Below, piece by piece: positions 28,297 to 36,766 of a stretch of 64,000 nt of DNA. Within the stretch, counting starts at the first letter, position 1, and every line of letters starts with the position of its first letter. The notes under the pieces were generated by a model. It did not search any database. It worked only from the letters and a program-made list of their open reading frames with translations, and was not told the DNA's origin. The DNA is from Vicinamibacterales bacterium (GTDB lineage Bacteria; Acidobacteriota; Vicinamibacteria; Vicinamibacterales; UBA8438): positions 3,464,383 through 3,528,382 of the forward strand of contig CBDEVO010000003.1 in the NCBI GenBank assembly GCA_965243615.1, read 5' to 3'. Made by a program: the position numbers and the translations under genes.

Positions 28297-29355
28297 TCAC
28301 TCCAGCAGCCGGATGCGGTGGGCCTCGCTGTCGCCGACGTAGAGGCCGCGGCCCGTCTCGTAGAAGATGCCGTGGGGCCTCGCCATGCGGCAGCGCAGGG
28401 GGTCATCCTCGGGGCCGTCGCCGCGGGTGCCGTCGCCGAGCACGGTGGAGATGAGGCCGGTGGCGGTGTCGACCATGCGGATGACGTGGTTCTCGGTGTC
28501 GGCGATGTAGAGCCGGCCCTCGGCGAAGGCGAGCCCCTTGGGACCGGCCAGGGTCGCCGCCGCGGCGGGGCCGCCGTCGCCGGTGAAGCCCTGCTCGCCG
28601 GTGCCCGCCACGTGGTGGATGGTCTCGGCCGCGAGGTCGATGCGGTAGATGGCGTTGCCTTCGCGCAGGGCCAGGTACAGGTTGCCGTCGGGGTCGCTGG
28701 CCATCGCGCGGGGGCCGTTGAGGGGGGTGCCGGCGAGGGGGGCGCCGTCGGGCGTCGTCTCGCGGTCGCCGGTGCCGGCCCAGGTCTCGATGAGGCCGGT
28801 TGCGGGGTCGACGCGGCGGATGCGGTGGTTCCCGATGTCGCAGATCATGAGCCGGCCCTCGGGGTCGAAGGCGATGCTGTGGGGGCGCCGGAGCATCGCC
28901 TCGACGGCCGGCCCGCCGTCGCCCGAGAAGCCGGCCTCGCCGGTGCCGGCGACGGTGGAGATGACGCCGGTCTCCGCGTCCACCCGGCGCACGACGTGGC
29001 TGTCGCGCTCGACGATGTAGAGGTGGCCGTCGCTATCGAACTGGATCTCGTGGGGCATGTTGAGGGCGGCCTCGGTGGCGGGGCCGCCGTCGCCGTAGTA
29101 GCCCCGGTCGCCGTTGCCGGCGATGGTCGTGGTGGCGCCGGTCTCGCGGTCGAGCCGCCGGATGCGCTGGTTGTCGAGGTCGCAGAAGTACAGCGCGCCG
29201 TCGGGGCCGACGACGACGCCGTAGGGGTTGGCGACCTGCGCGTCGGAGAGGCCCGCCGCGCCGTTGCCGATGACGGTAGTAACGCTGGCCGTCTGCGCGT
29301 GGGCGAGGCCGGCGAGCAGCAGCAGGGCCGATGACAGAACGATCAGGCGTCTCAT
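28297..29355 (-). CDS. Secreted NHL-repeat beta-propeller protein
   Basis: Repeated AGTG..GF.GDGGPA..A.L..P; signal peptide. Confidence 0.9.
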   Translation of the reverse strand: MRRLIVLSSALLLLAGLAHAQTASVTTVIGNGAAGLSDAQVANPYGVVVGPDGALYFCDLDNQRIRRLDRETGATTTIAGNGDRGYYGDGGPATEAALNMPHEIQFDSDGHLYIVERDSHVVRRVDAETGVISTVAGTGEAGFSGDGGPAVEAMLRRPHSIAFDPEGRLMICDIGNHRIRRVDPATGLIETWAGTGDRETTPDGAPLAGTPLNGPRAMASDPDGNLYLALREGNAIYRIDLAAETIHHVAGTGEQGFTGDGGPAAAATLAGPKGLAFAEGRLYIADTENHVIRMVDTATGLISTVLGDGTRGDGPEDDPLRCRMARPHGIFYETGRGLYVGDSEAHRIRLLE

Positions 29356-29425
29356 GGTGGATGTCTCCGTCTACTCGCGTCCTCGCGCCCACCGGCAGGA
29401 CGCATGGGCTGTTTCGTCGGGGCCG

Positions 29426-30439
29426 TCAGAACCGCGCCCGGATGTCGCGCGCGCGGGCCTCCGCCTCCGCCGCCTCGTCGCCCCGGCCGGTGGCGCGCAG
29501 CAGGGCCGCGTACTCGTCGAGCGCGGTCAGCACGCGATCGAGGTCGCGATCCGGCTCAGGCGTGTCGAGCAGAATCGCCAGCACCTCGACGTACAGCGGT
29601 TCCGCCTCCCGGTACCGCTGCTGCTGCAGCAGGAACCCGGCCAGCGATGTCCGCAGCTCCAGCACGTCGTCGTGATCGAACCCGTGGGTCCATTCGAGCG
29701 CCTGCAGCGCCCGCCAGTACAGAGGTTCCGCCTCCTCGACGCGCCCCAGATCCGTATAGAACACCGCGATGTCGGCCACGAACCGGGCCACCCGCGGCGA
29801 GTCCGGCCCGTCGATCCCTTCGAGCAGCGCCAGCGACTCGAGGTAGGCCGATTCCGCTTCCTCGTCGCGGGCCTGCGAGCGGTACAGGTCGGCGAGGTTG
29901 CCGAGGGTCAGGGCCCGCCGGGGATCGGTGTCCTCGAAGTCCTCGGCGGCCTGCGCGGCGAGGAGAAAGAACGATTCCGCCTCTTCGGTCCGGCCGTCCT
30001 GGTAGGCGAACGCGGCCGCGTCCATGTACTGCTCCCAGGACTGCGTCTGGCAGCCGACCAGGGCCGCCAGCGCCGCCGCGATTGCAAGCCTGGAGCCGGC
30101 GGCGACGCCGCGCGCGGCGCCGAGGACGGGGCGGGCGCGGGGCGGGGTGCGGCGCCGGCGGCCCCGGGGTACAGGCGACCACGGACCGAACGCAGTGCGC
30201 GCCGCACCGCAATCCACGCGGGAGGCGTTGCCGGTCGAATGCAGCGGGGTTCTCGCCACGGCTCCTGGACCTCGGCATCCATGCCCGGCGCGCCGGGCTC
30301 CCATCCGATCTCCGTCTCCGTCCGGAAGGCTCCGTCGTCCGGGGCCTCGACGAACGGTTGACATTGTGGCATGTCCGTGTCCAAATCGTGGCGGACGAGC
30401 CCGCCGTGACGGCGGCGTTCGGACCTGCGGGAGCGACAC
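29426..30439 (-). CDS. Tetratricopeptide-repeat lipoprotein (start uncertain; true start probably well 3' of 30439)
   Basis: Lipobox-like LAALVGC followed by kinesin-light-chain-type TPRs (LGNLADLY..Q.R.EEAE, AEPLY). Confidence 0.7.
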   Translation of the reverse strand: MSLPQVRTPPSRRARPPRFGHGHATMSTVRRGPGRRSLPDGDGDRMGARRAGHGCRGPGAVARTPLHSTGNASRVDCGAARTAFGPWSPVPRGRRRRTPPRARPVLGAARGVAAGSRLAIAAALAALVGCQTQSWEQYMDAAAFAYQDGRTEEAESFFLLAAQAAEDFEDTDPRRALTLGNLADLYRSQARDEEAESAYLESLALLEGIDGPDSPRVARFVADIAVFYTDLGRVEEAEPLYWRALQALEWTHGFDHDDVLELRTSLAGFLLQQQRYREAEPLYVEVLAILLDTPEPDRDLDRVLTALDEYAALLRATGRGDEAAEAEARARDIRARF

Positions 30440-30547
30440 GAGCGCTGGAGGCCACGCGGGCGGGCGGCCCGGGAACGGAGCACGGGCCGCCGCCAGTCGG
30501 CGTCACCGGAGCGAGGTCGAAGCAAAGGCAAACAGGGAGTAGAGAAG

Positions 30548-32722
30548 ATGACGAGAAGCAGGTTGGCGTTTCTCGGAGCGCTCGTGGGCGGCTTGGCCGT
30601 CTGCATGCTGGCGTTGCAGCCGGGGCTGGGCGCCCGGCAGGTGGAGGTGGTCATCGACGACGACGACATCGGCGGCGTCGTGACGGGGCCGAACGGGCCG
30701 GAGGCGGGCGTCTGGGTGATCGCCGAGACGACGGATCTGCCGACCCGGTTCAACCGCACCGTGGTCACCGACGACGAGGGCCGCTACGTCGTGCCGGACC
30801 TGCCCGAGGCGACCTACGACGTCTGGGCGCGCGGCTACGGGCTGGTCGATTCGCCCAAGCAGCAGGCGTCGCCGGGCACCCGCGTCGACCATACCGCCGT
30901 GGTCGCGCCCGACGCGCAGGCGGCGGCGCAGTACTACCCCTCGGGCTACTGGTACGCGCTGCTCGAGGTGCCGGGGCCCGAGGAGTTCCCCGGCACCGGT
31001 CAGGACGGCAACGGCATCTCGCCGAACATACCGAACCAGGCGGCGTGGCTGCGCGGCCTGAAGTCGGGCGGGTGCACCGCCTGCCACGGGCTCGGGAGCA
31101 AGGCCACCCGCGAGATCCCGCCCGAGCTCGGCGAGTTCGACTCGCTGGTGGCGGCGTGGGACCGCCGCATCCAGTCCGGGCAGGCCGGGGGCAGCATGGT
31201 CGGGGGCCTCGACCGGATGGGCCGCCGCCGCGCGCTTGAGATGTATGCCGACTGGACGGGCCGCATCATGGCCGGCGAGGTGCCGCCCGAGGCGCCGCCG
31301 CGGCCCCAGGGCGTCGAGCGCAACGTGGTCGTCACCCAGTGGGACTGGGCCGACCCGACCGCCTACCTGCACGACGAGGCGTCGACCGACAAGCGCGATC
31401 CGACCGTGAACGCCTACGGCCCGATCTACGGCGCGCTCGAGGCCAGCGCCGACTACGTGCCGGTGCTCGACCCGGTCGCCAACGCCATCTCCGAGGTCGT
31501 GGTGCCGGTGCGCGACCCCGACACCCCGGTGGCGGCGGGACCGCCCCTCGCGTCCTCGCCCTACTGGGGGAACGAGGCCATCTGGGACAGCCAGACCAAC
31601 GTGCACAACCCCATGCTCGACCAGGACGGCCGCGTCTGGCTGACCTCGCGGGTGCGCGGCCCCGAGAACCCGCCGATGTGCCTGGAGGGGTCCGACCATC
31701 CGTCGGCCCGCGCGTTCCCCAACCCCCGCGCGAACCGGCACCTGGCCGTGTACGACCCCGCCACCGACGAGATGACGCTGGTCGGCACCTGCTACAGCAC
31801 CCACCACCTGATCTTCGCGGAGGACGACGACAACACCCTGTGGACGAGCGGCGGCGGTCAGGTCATCGGGTGGCTCAACACCAACCTCTTCCTCGAGACC
31901 GGTGACGAGGAGGCGGCGCAGGGCTGGAGCCCGCTCGTGCTCGACACCAACGGCAACGGCGTCCGCGACGAGTGGGTCGAGCCCGGCGAGCCCGCCGACC
32001 CGACCAAGGACACGCGCATCCGCTCCGGGTTCTACGGCGTGGCCTACAACCCCGTCGACGGCAGCATCTGGGGATCGTCGCTCGGCATGCCCGGCGCGGT
32101 GCTGCGCTTCGACCCCACCGGCGACAACCCGTCCGAGGACGGCCTGACCGAGTTCTACGAGGTGCCGTTCCAGAACCCCGGGGCCGAGGTGCCGGACGCC
32201 TACTCGCCGCGCGGCATGGACATCGACCGCAACGGGGTCGTGTGGACCCCGCTGGCCAGCGGCCACATGGCGAGCTTCGACCGCAGCAAGTGCACCGGCC
32301 CGCTGAACGGGCCGGACGCGACCGGCCAGCACTGCCCCGAGGGGTGGACGATGTACGAGGAGCCGATGCCCCAGATGAAGGGCATCGACGCCTCGGGCAG
32401 CATCGAGGGCAGCTACTACACCTGGGTCGACCAGTTCGACACCCTGGGGCTGGGCCGCGGCGTGCCCATCAACACCGGCAACGCGGCCGAGGGCCTGCTC
32501 GCGCTGCGCGACGGCGAGTGGGTCACCCTGCGCGTGCCGTATCCGCTCGGGTTCTACACCAAGTGGATGGACGGCCGCATCGACGATCCCGACCTCGGCT
32601 GGAAGGGCCGGGGCGTCTGGGCGACCTGGAGCACCCGGGCCCCGTTCCACGCCGAGACCGGCGCGGGCACCCCGAGCAAGGTGGTGCACTTCCAGATCCG
32701 CCCCGACGCGCTGGCGAAGTAG
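30548..32722 (+). CDS. Secreted carboxypeptidase-regulatory-domain protein with CxxCH and Vgb-like propeller
   Basis: Signal peptide, VTDDEGRYVVPDLP, GCTACH, Trp-rich propeller repeats. Confidence 0.85.
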   Translation: MTRSRLAFLGALVGGLAVCMLALQPGLGARQVEVVIDDDDIGGVVTGPNGPEAGVWVIAETTDLPTRFNRTVVTDDEGRYVVPDLPEATYDVWARGYGLVDSPKQQASPGTRVDHTAVVAPDAQAAAQYYPSGYWYALLEVPGPEEFPGTGQDGNGISPNIPNQAAWLRGLKSGGCTACHGLGSKATREIPPELGEFDSLVAAWDRRIQSGQAGGSMVGGLDRMGRRRALEMYADWTGRIMAGEVPPEAPPRPQGVERNVVVTQWDWADPTAYLHDEASTDKRDPTVNAYGPIYGALEASADYVPVLDPVANAISEVVVPVRDPDTPVAAGPPLASSPYWGNEAIWDSQTNVHNPMLDQDGRVWLTSRVRGPENPPMCLEGSDHPSARAFPNPRANRHLAVYDPATDEMTLVGTCYSTHHLIFAEDDDNTLWTSGGGQVIGWLNTNLFLETGDEEAAQGWSPLVLDTNGNGVRDEWVEPGEPADPTKDTRIRSGFYGVAYNPVDGSIWGSSLGMPGAVLRFDPTGDNPSEDGLTEFYEVPFQNPGAEVPDAYSPRGMDIDRNGVVWTPLASGHMASFDRSKCTGPLNGPDATGQHCPEGWTMYEEPMPQMKGIDASGSIEGSYYTWVDQFDTLGLGRGVPINTGNAAEGLLALRDGEWVTLRVPYPLGFYTKWMDGRIDDPDLGWKGRGVWATWSTRAPFHAETGAGTPSKVVHFQIRPDALAK

Positions 32723-32743
32723 TCGAGCACTTCCGCACAATCA

Positions 32744-32781
32744 CGCGGGTGGATGTAGCCGGACGGTTGCATCCACCCGCG
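32744..32781. repeat. 17-bp REP-like hairpin at the left border of the TA island
   Basis: CGCGGGTGGATGTAGCC-GGAC-GGTTGCATCCACCCGCG (two G-U pairs). Confidence 0.6.
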
Positions 32782-32926
32782 CGCCGGCTCCCCGCCTCGT
32801 CGCGGGCGTGATGGGCGAGCGGCTTGGTATCGGAGCGCCCTGAGTGCCTGAAGTGGTATTCTGGGTTCGCAGAACTGTTCGCATCTCCAGTGTCCATGCA
32901 CGCGAACATCACGGAGATTCCGCCAG

Positions 32927-33142
32927 ATGAAGACCTATCCCGCCGTCGTCGAGCGCGACGCGGATACCGGACTGTATGTGGGCTGGGTCCCGGGATTCCC
33001 CGGAGCTCACAGTCAGGGTGAGACCCTGGACGAGCTTCACGAGAATCTGCAGGAAGTCATCGAGCTGCTCCTCCAGGATGGTGAGACTTCGACGGAGAGC
33101 GAGTTCGTCGGGGTCCAACATATTCACGTCGGCTCGCGTTGA
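32927..33142 (+). CDS. hicB: HicB-family antitoxin (short, partial RNase H fold)
   Basis: YVGWVPGFPGAHSQGETLDELHENLQEVIELLL. Confidence 0.9.
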   Translation: MKTYPAVVERDADTGLYVGWVPGFPGAHSQGETLDELHENLQEVIELLLQDGETSTESEFVGVQHIHVGSR

Positions 33143-33159
33143 TTGACTCTGTCGCGCGT

Positions 33160-33423
33160 CTACTCCAGGTCGTTTTGGCGATCCAGCGGGTCGCCCGCCC
33201 GGTCGAATCCACGCATCTCGTCCACGGACAGCTCGATATCCCGAGCGATCTTTCGGAGTAGTGACGGTGCGATGTCGCGGCCCTTGTGGAACGGAACCGT
33301 CGTCACTCTTCCGTCGGGGTGTCGAAATCGCTTGTGAGAACCGTGCTGCCGCACGTCCCGAAAGCCGAGCCGATCGAGCAACGACGCGACCTCGCGAGGC
33401 TTGAGGACCGGAGGCTTGGCCAT
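33160..33423 (-). CDS. hicA: HicA-family mRNA interferase toxin
   Basis: LDRLGFRDVRQHGSHKRFRHPDGRVTTVPFH (GSH motif). Confidence 0.9.
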   Translation of the reverse strand: MAKPPVLKPREVASLLDRLGFRDVRQHGSHKRFRHPDGRVTTVPFHKGRDIAPSLLRKIARDIELSVDEMRGFDRAGDPLDRQNDLE

Positions 33424-33429
33424 GGTCGC

Positions 33430-33963
33430 CTACTTCCTGCGCGCAGGCTTGGATGGTGCCATCCGGCTTATCGTCTCCGCCACCTGATTCGTCGCAGCCA
33501 CCTGACTCCGCAACTCCGCGGTGGTCCTGGACGTGGCTTTCACGAGTTGCTCGAGGAGATCCGGCAGCTTGCCCAGCGCTTGGATGCGATATGAGCGCGG
33601 GGCGTCATTGAACCGCCAGGCTTCTGTCTCCATGGGTGCGTCCTCGTCGAGCGGGCCTGAGCGTGTGCGGATCGCGATTCCCCATGCTCTTGAGACTTTG
33701 GCGTATCCGATCGAGCGGTCCCAGAAGTACCCAGCCTCGACGCTGAGTTCTCCTGCGAACTCTGCCCAGGCCGACACCCCCAGATTCAGCTTCTGCAGAG
33801 TCGCCTCGATGGCGGCGATGGGTTTGGCGATTTCGTCGGAGACGGCGTTCAGCTCGGTCGCGGACGCGACGAGCTTCTCGAACGCTGTCGAGACGCGCTC
33901 GCGTAGCGGATCGTGTTGTGAAGATTGAGGTACGGGGTCCGAGACAGACTTCGAGGCAGGCAT
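33430..33963 (-). CDS. Hypothetical protein with N- and C-terminal helical/coiled-coil segments
   Basis: RBS AAGGAG, 177 aa, ends 6 bp before hicA. Confidence 0.75.
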   Translation of the reverse strand: MPASKSVSDPVPQSSQHDPLRERVSTAFEKLVASATELNAVSDEIAKPIAAIEATLQKLNLGVSAWAEFAGELSVEAGYFWDRSIGYAKVSRAWGIAIRTRSGPLDEDAPMETEAWRFNDAPRSYRIQALGKLPDLLEQLVKATSRTTAELRSQVAATNQVAETISRMAPSKPARRK

Positions 33964-33974
33964 CACATGCTCCT

Positions 33975-34095
33975 TGACCCGACAGGCCGGGCAGTGCGGC
34001 ACGTACGGTGCCGGTTGTAGATCAACCGCCGGTCAGGCGGCAGGCTGGAGAGATCGGCTTCCGCCGACGCCAGCCAAGCTGGCTTCCAACCGTAT
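33975..34095 (-). ncRNA. Candidate structured leader/ncRNA
   Basis: Three-way junction (34043-34091) with a GGAA tetraloop followed by further hairpins; extended -10 TGcTACGAT at 34109-34101. Confidence 0.45.
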
Positions 34096-34236
34096 CTTCA
34101 ATCGTAGCACAAGTGGGCTTGGAAGCTGCAGGTCATGCAGGAAGACGACATCCCTATCGGCTGTCTTCCTCCGGCGCGGAATGCTCCAACAGGGCCGACT
34201 GCCATGTTGTCGTGTACGGAGTCGGGTCCTGTCGGG

Positions 34237-34677
34237 CTATTCTGGCAGTTGCGGCGGCCAGGGTTGCAGGCCGGTTGGCTGCGCCGCATGCCAGAGCTGC
34301 TTGTCGAACGTCGCGAGGACGACGTCCGAGCCAACCATGTCCTGCCAATGGGCGGCGGACGCGAGTTGGACGGCGTCGTAGCCTCGCAGGCCGTGTTCCC
34401 AGGCCAGGGCGTCGGCTACGGTCACGAGCCCCTCGGTGACGGGAATACGGGCGATATCCGGCCATTCCTGCCCGAACAGAAGCCGTGCCCGGCGGCCGTC
34501 CGGTTCGCGGAGGACGCCGCGGCGGACCGCTCCCGCCAGCGCCGCCCCCACTTCTGCGCGGCTGACGATCGATGTGGCGACGACCGCGGCATCCTCCATC
34601 AGCGCGGTCACGGCGTCGGACCCCCGTTCAGTCACGTAGCGCTTGACGAGGGCGCTGGCGTCGGCGTAGAGGGTCAT
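34237..34677 (-). CDS. vapC: VapC PIN-domain toxin
   Basis: YADASALVKRY..E.GS, LRGYDAVQLASA, ATFD. Confidence 0.9.
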   Translation of the reverse strand: MTLYADASALVKRYVTERGSDAVTALMEDAAVVATSIVSRAEVGAALAGAVRRGVLREPDGRRARLLFGQEWPDIARIPVTEGLVTVADALAWEHGLRGYDAVQLASAAHWQDMVGSDVVLATFDKQLWHAAQPTGLQPWPPQLPE

Positions 34678-34955
34678 CCACGGTTCTCGACGACGATGTC
34701 GGCGACCGCACCGGCTCCGCGGGCGCGCACATCCGGCGTCATCGCACCCAGCCGACGGCCGTTCCACAGGATCGCTCCGGTCTGCCGCAGAGCTTCGAGG
34801 CGCTCGTCCAGCGAATCGGCTTCGGGAACGAGGCGGGCCACCGGCCGCCCGCGATCGGTGACGATGATCGTGGCGCCTGATTTCACCTCACGGACACATT
34901 CGCTGAGCCGTGCCTTCAACTCGCGGATGCCGATGCTGCGCTCTCGCTTGGTCAT
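34674..34955 (-). CDS. Phd/YefM-family antitoxin
   Basis: IGIRELKARLSECVREVKSGATIIVTDRGRPVARLVP; ATGA overlap with vapC. Confidence 0.9.
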   Translation of the reverse strand: MTKRERSIGIRELKARLSECVREVKSGATIIVTDRGRPVARLVPEADSLDERLEALRQTGAILWNGRRLGAMTPDVRARGAGAVADIVVENRG

Positions 34956-35056
34956 TGAGTACACAATAACACATGATGTAGGCACAATCGATTCGAAGGG
35001 CGACTCCATCGGCCGTTGCCGAATCGAGAACAGGATTCTCGTCGTCGGCACGATCT

Positions 35057-35449
35057 TCACTGGCCGGCCGGCCAGTGCTGGACGCTGATCTCCGTCATGG
35101 GGAAGTCATCGACGTTCGCCGTTGCCAGAGCCGCGTTGACGCCGGCCGCTGCCGCCGCAATCAGGCAGTCGGCCTGGTGCAGCGTGACTCCACGCCGGGC
35201 AAAGGTCTGGCGCCACGCTCCCGCTCGTATTCCCTCGGCGACTCCCAGCGGCGCGAGTCGCAGGCCGTTGAACAGGCGGCGCGCGATCGTCTCTTCGCCC
35301 ACGCGCAGGCCGCGCCAGATCTCCTCGACGGAGATCACGCACGCCCACGGCTCCGTGCCGGTCCGTCGCAGGGCAGCCAGACGGGCCGCGGCGGGCCGGC
35401 CGCGGAGCGCGTCGATGAGCACGGTCGAATCGAGCAGCAGTCGCGCCAT
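35057..35449 (-). CDS. vapC: VapC PIN-domain toxin
   Basis: LLDSTVLID, ADCLIAAAA, LATANVDDF. Confidence 0.9.
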   Translation of the reverse strand: MARLLLDSTVLIDALRGRPAAARLAALRRTGTEPWACVISVEEIWRGLRVGEETIARRLFNGLRLAPLGVAEGIRAGAWRQTFARRGVTLHQADCLIAAAAAGVNAALATANVDDFPMTEISVQHWPAGQ

Positions 35450-35452
35450 CGG

Positions 35453-35692
35453 TCACCCCGTTCGGCGCGGGTCGGCGTGACGCTGTCGCCGCACCCACGC
35501 CGCCGGATCTTCGTCCCACTCGTGACCGCGATCAGGCAGCCCGCCGAGCGCGGCTTCGATGTCGTCCCAGCGCCGTTCGTCGTCGAGACCACGCTGGATG
35601 AGTTCGGCGATGAAGGCGCTTCGGCGCCGGGGGCCCGCGCGGCGGTCGACCTCGGCCACGAGGTCGTCGTTCAGGGCTATGTGCAAACGCAT
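35453..35692 (-). CDS. RHH/CopG-type antitoxin (VapB-like)
   Basis: MRLHIALNDDLVAEVDRRAGPRRRSAFI; 3 bp upstream of vapC. Confidence 0.85.
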   Translation of the reverse strand: MRLHIALNDDLVAEVDRRAGPRRRSAFIAELIQRGLDDERRWDDIEAALGGLPDRGHEWDEDPAAWVRRQRHADPRRTG

Positions 35693-35759
35693 GGGCTCAA
35701 CAATACCATGTTGCGCACACAGCGACCTCGTGGCGCGGTCGGGAACGAGGGGTCGACCG

Positions 35760-36602
35760 TCACGCTCCGCCGACGGCGGGTTCGCCGCGCCGGCGCAGCC
35801 AGTCGACGGTGAGCAGCAGGAGCACCGCGAAGGCGATGAGGAACGTGGCGACGGCGAGGATGGCGGGGCTGATCTGTTCGCGGATGCCGGCCCACATCTG
35901 CCGGGGCAGGGTGCGCTGGTCCTCGCCGGCCATGAACAGCACCACCACGACCTCGTCGAACGAGGCCGCGAAGGCGAAAAGGGCGCCCGAGACGACGCCG
36001 GGGGCGATCAGGGGAAGCTGCACGCGGCGGAAGATGAGGAGCGGGTCGGCCCCGAGGCTCGCCGCGGCGCGGGTCAGGTTGGTGTCGAACGCGGACAGGG
36101 CGGCGGTCACGGTGATGACGACGAACGGGGTGCCGAGGGCTGCGTGGGCGAGGATGAGCCCGAGGTGGGTCTGGGAGAGGCCCAGGGTGGAGTAGAAGAA
36201 GAACATGCCGGTGGCCGAGATGATGAGCGGCGTGACCATCGGCGAGATCAGCAGCCCCATCGTGAGCCGGCGGGCGGGCATGGCGGGGCTCGACAGCCCG
36301 AGGGCGGCGAGGGTGCCGAGCACCGTCGCGAGCGCGGTGGACATGACGCCGATGAAGAGGCTGTTGCCGAGGGCGCGCCGCCACGAGTCGTCGGTGACGA
36401 TCTGGCGGTACCAGCGGAGCGACCACGCCTCGGAATCGAGGCGCAGCATTCCCTCGGTGAACGTGAAGTAGGGCTCGGCGTTGAAGCTGAGCGGCACGAT
36501 GACGAGGATGGGCGCGATCAGGAACGTGAAGATCAGCGCACAGGCGGACAGGTAGACGATACGTCCGACACGGGCGCCCGGCTCGACCGCGTTGATGCTC
36601 AT
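35760..36602 (-). CDS. Polyamine-type ABC transporter permease (PotC-like)
   Basis: AAASLGA EAA-like loop, SFDEVVV, TLP.QMW. Confidence 0.9.
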   Translation of the reverse strand: MSINAVEPGARVGRIVYLSACALIFTFLIAPILVIVPLSFNAEPYFTFTEGMLRLDSEAWSLRWYRQIVTDDSWRRALGNSLFIGVMSTALATVLGTLAALGLSSPAMPARRLTMGLLISPMVTPLIISATGMFFFYSTLGLSQTHLGLILAHAALGTPFVVITVTAALSAFDTNLTRAAASLGADPLLIFRRVQLPLIAPGVVSGALFAFAASFDEVVVVLFMAGEDQRTLPRQMWAGIREQISPAILAVATFLIAFAVLLLLTVDWLRRRGEPAVGGA

Positions 36603-36766
36603 CGCTGCTTCCCGCCGGGCGCGGTCGACGGCGCAAGGACGGTGATCGACATGGCCTTGCCAACCACGTCGGGGACGGTCCCGCCATCCCTGCGCGCGGC
36701 GCTTGGCGAGGCGATTTCCGTAACCGTCGCGAGGGGCCGTCCCGGCTCGGCCGCGGTGGTCGTCAT
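36599..36766 (-). CDS. 55-aa relay ORF joining the potB-like stop to the potC-like start
   Basis: ATGA overlaps at both ends; its start resembles the potC start. Confidence 0.4.
   Translation of the reverse strand: MTTTAAEPGRPLATVTEIASPSAARRDGGTVPDVVGKAMSITVLAPSTAPGGKQR

Noticed and set aside
32864-32882. GTTC-N7-GTTC LexA box upstream of hicB
   Set aside because: Spacing is 8 nt, not 7, and no such box is found at lexA.
33125-33445. Invertible segment (recombinase IRs) around hicA
   Set aside because: No convincing inverted repeats at the presumed breakpoints and no invertase nearby.
33975-34236. Retron msr-msd
   Set aside because: Flanking IR and hairpins are present, but there is no reverse transcriptase in the window.
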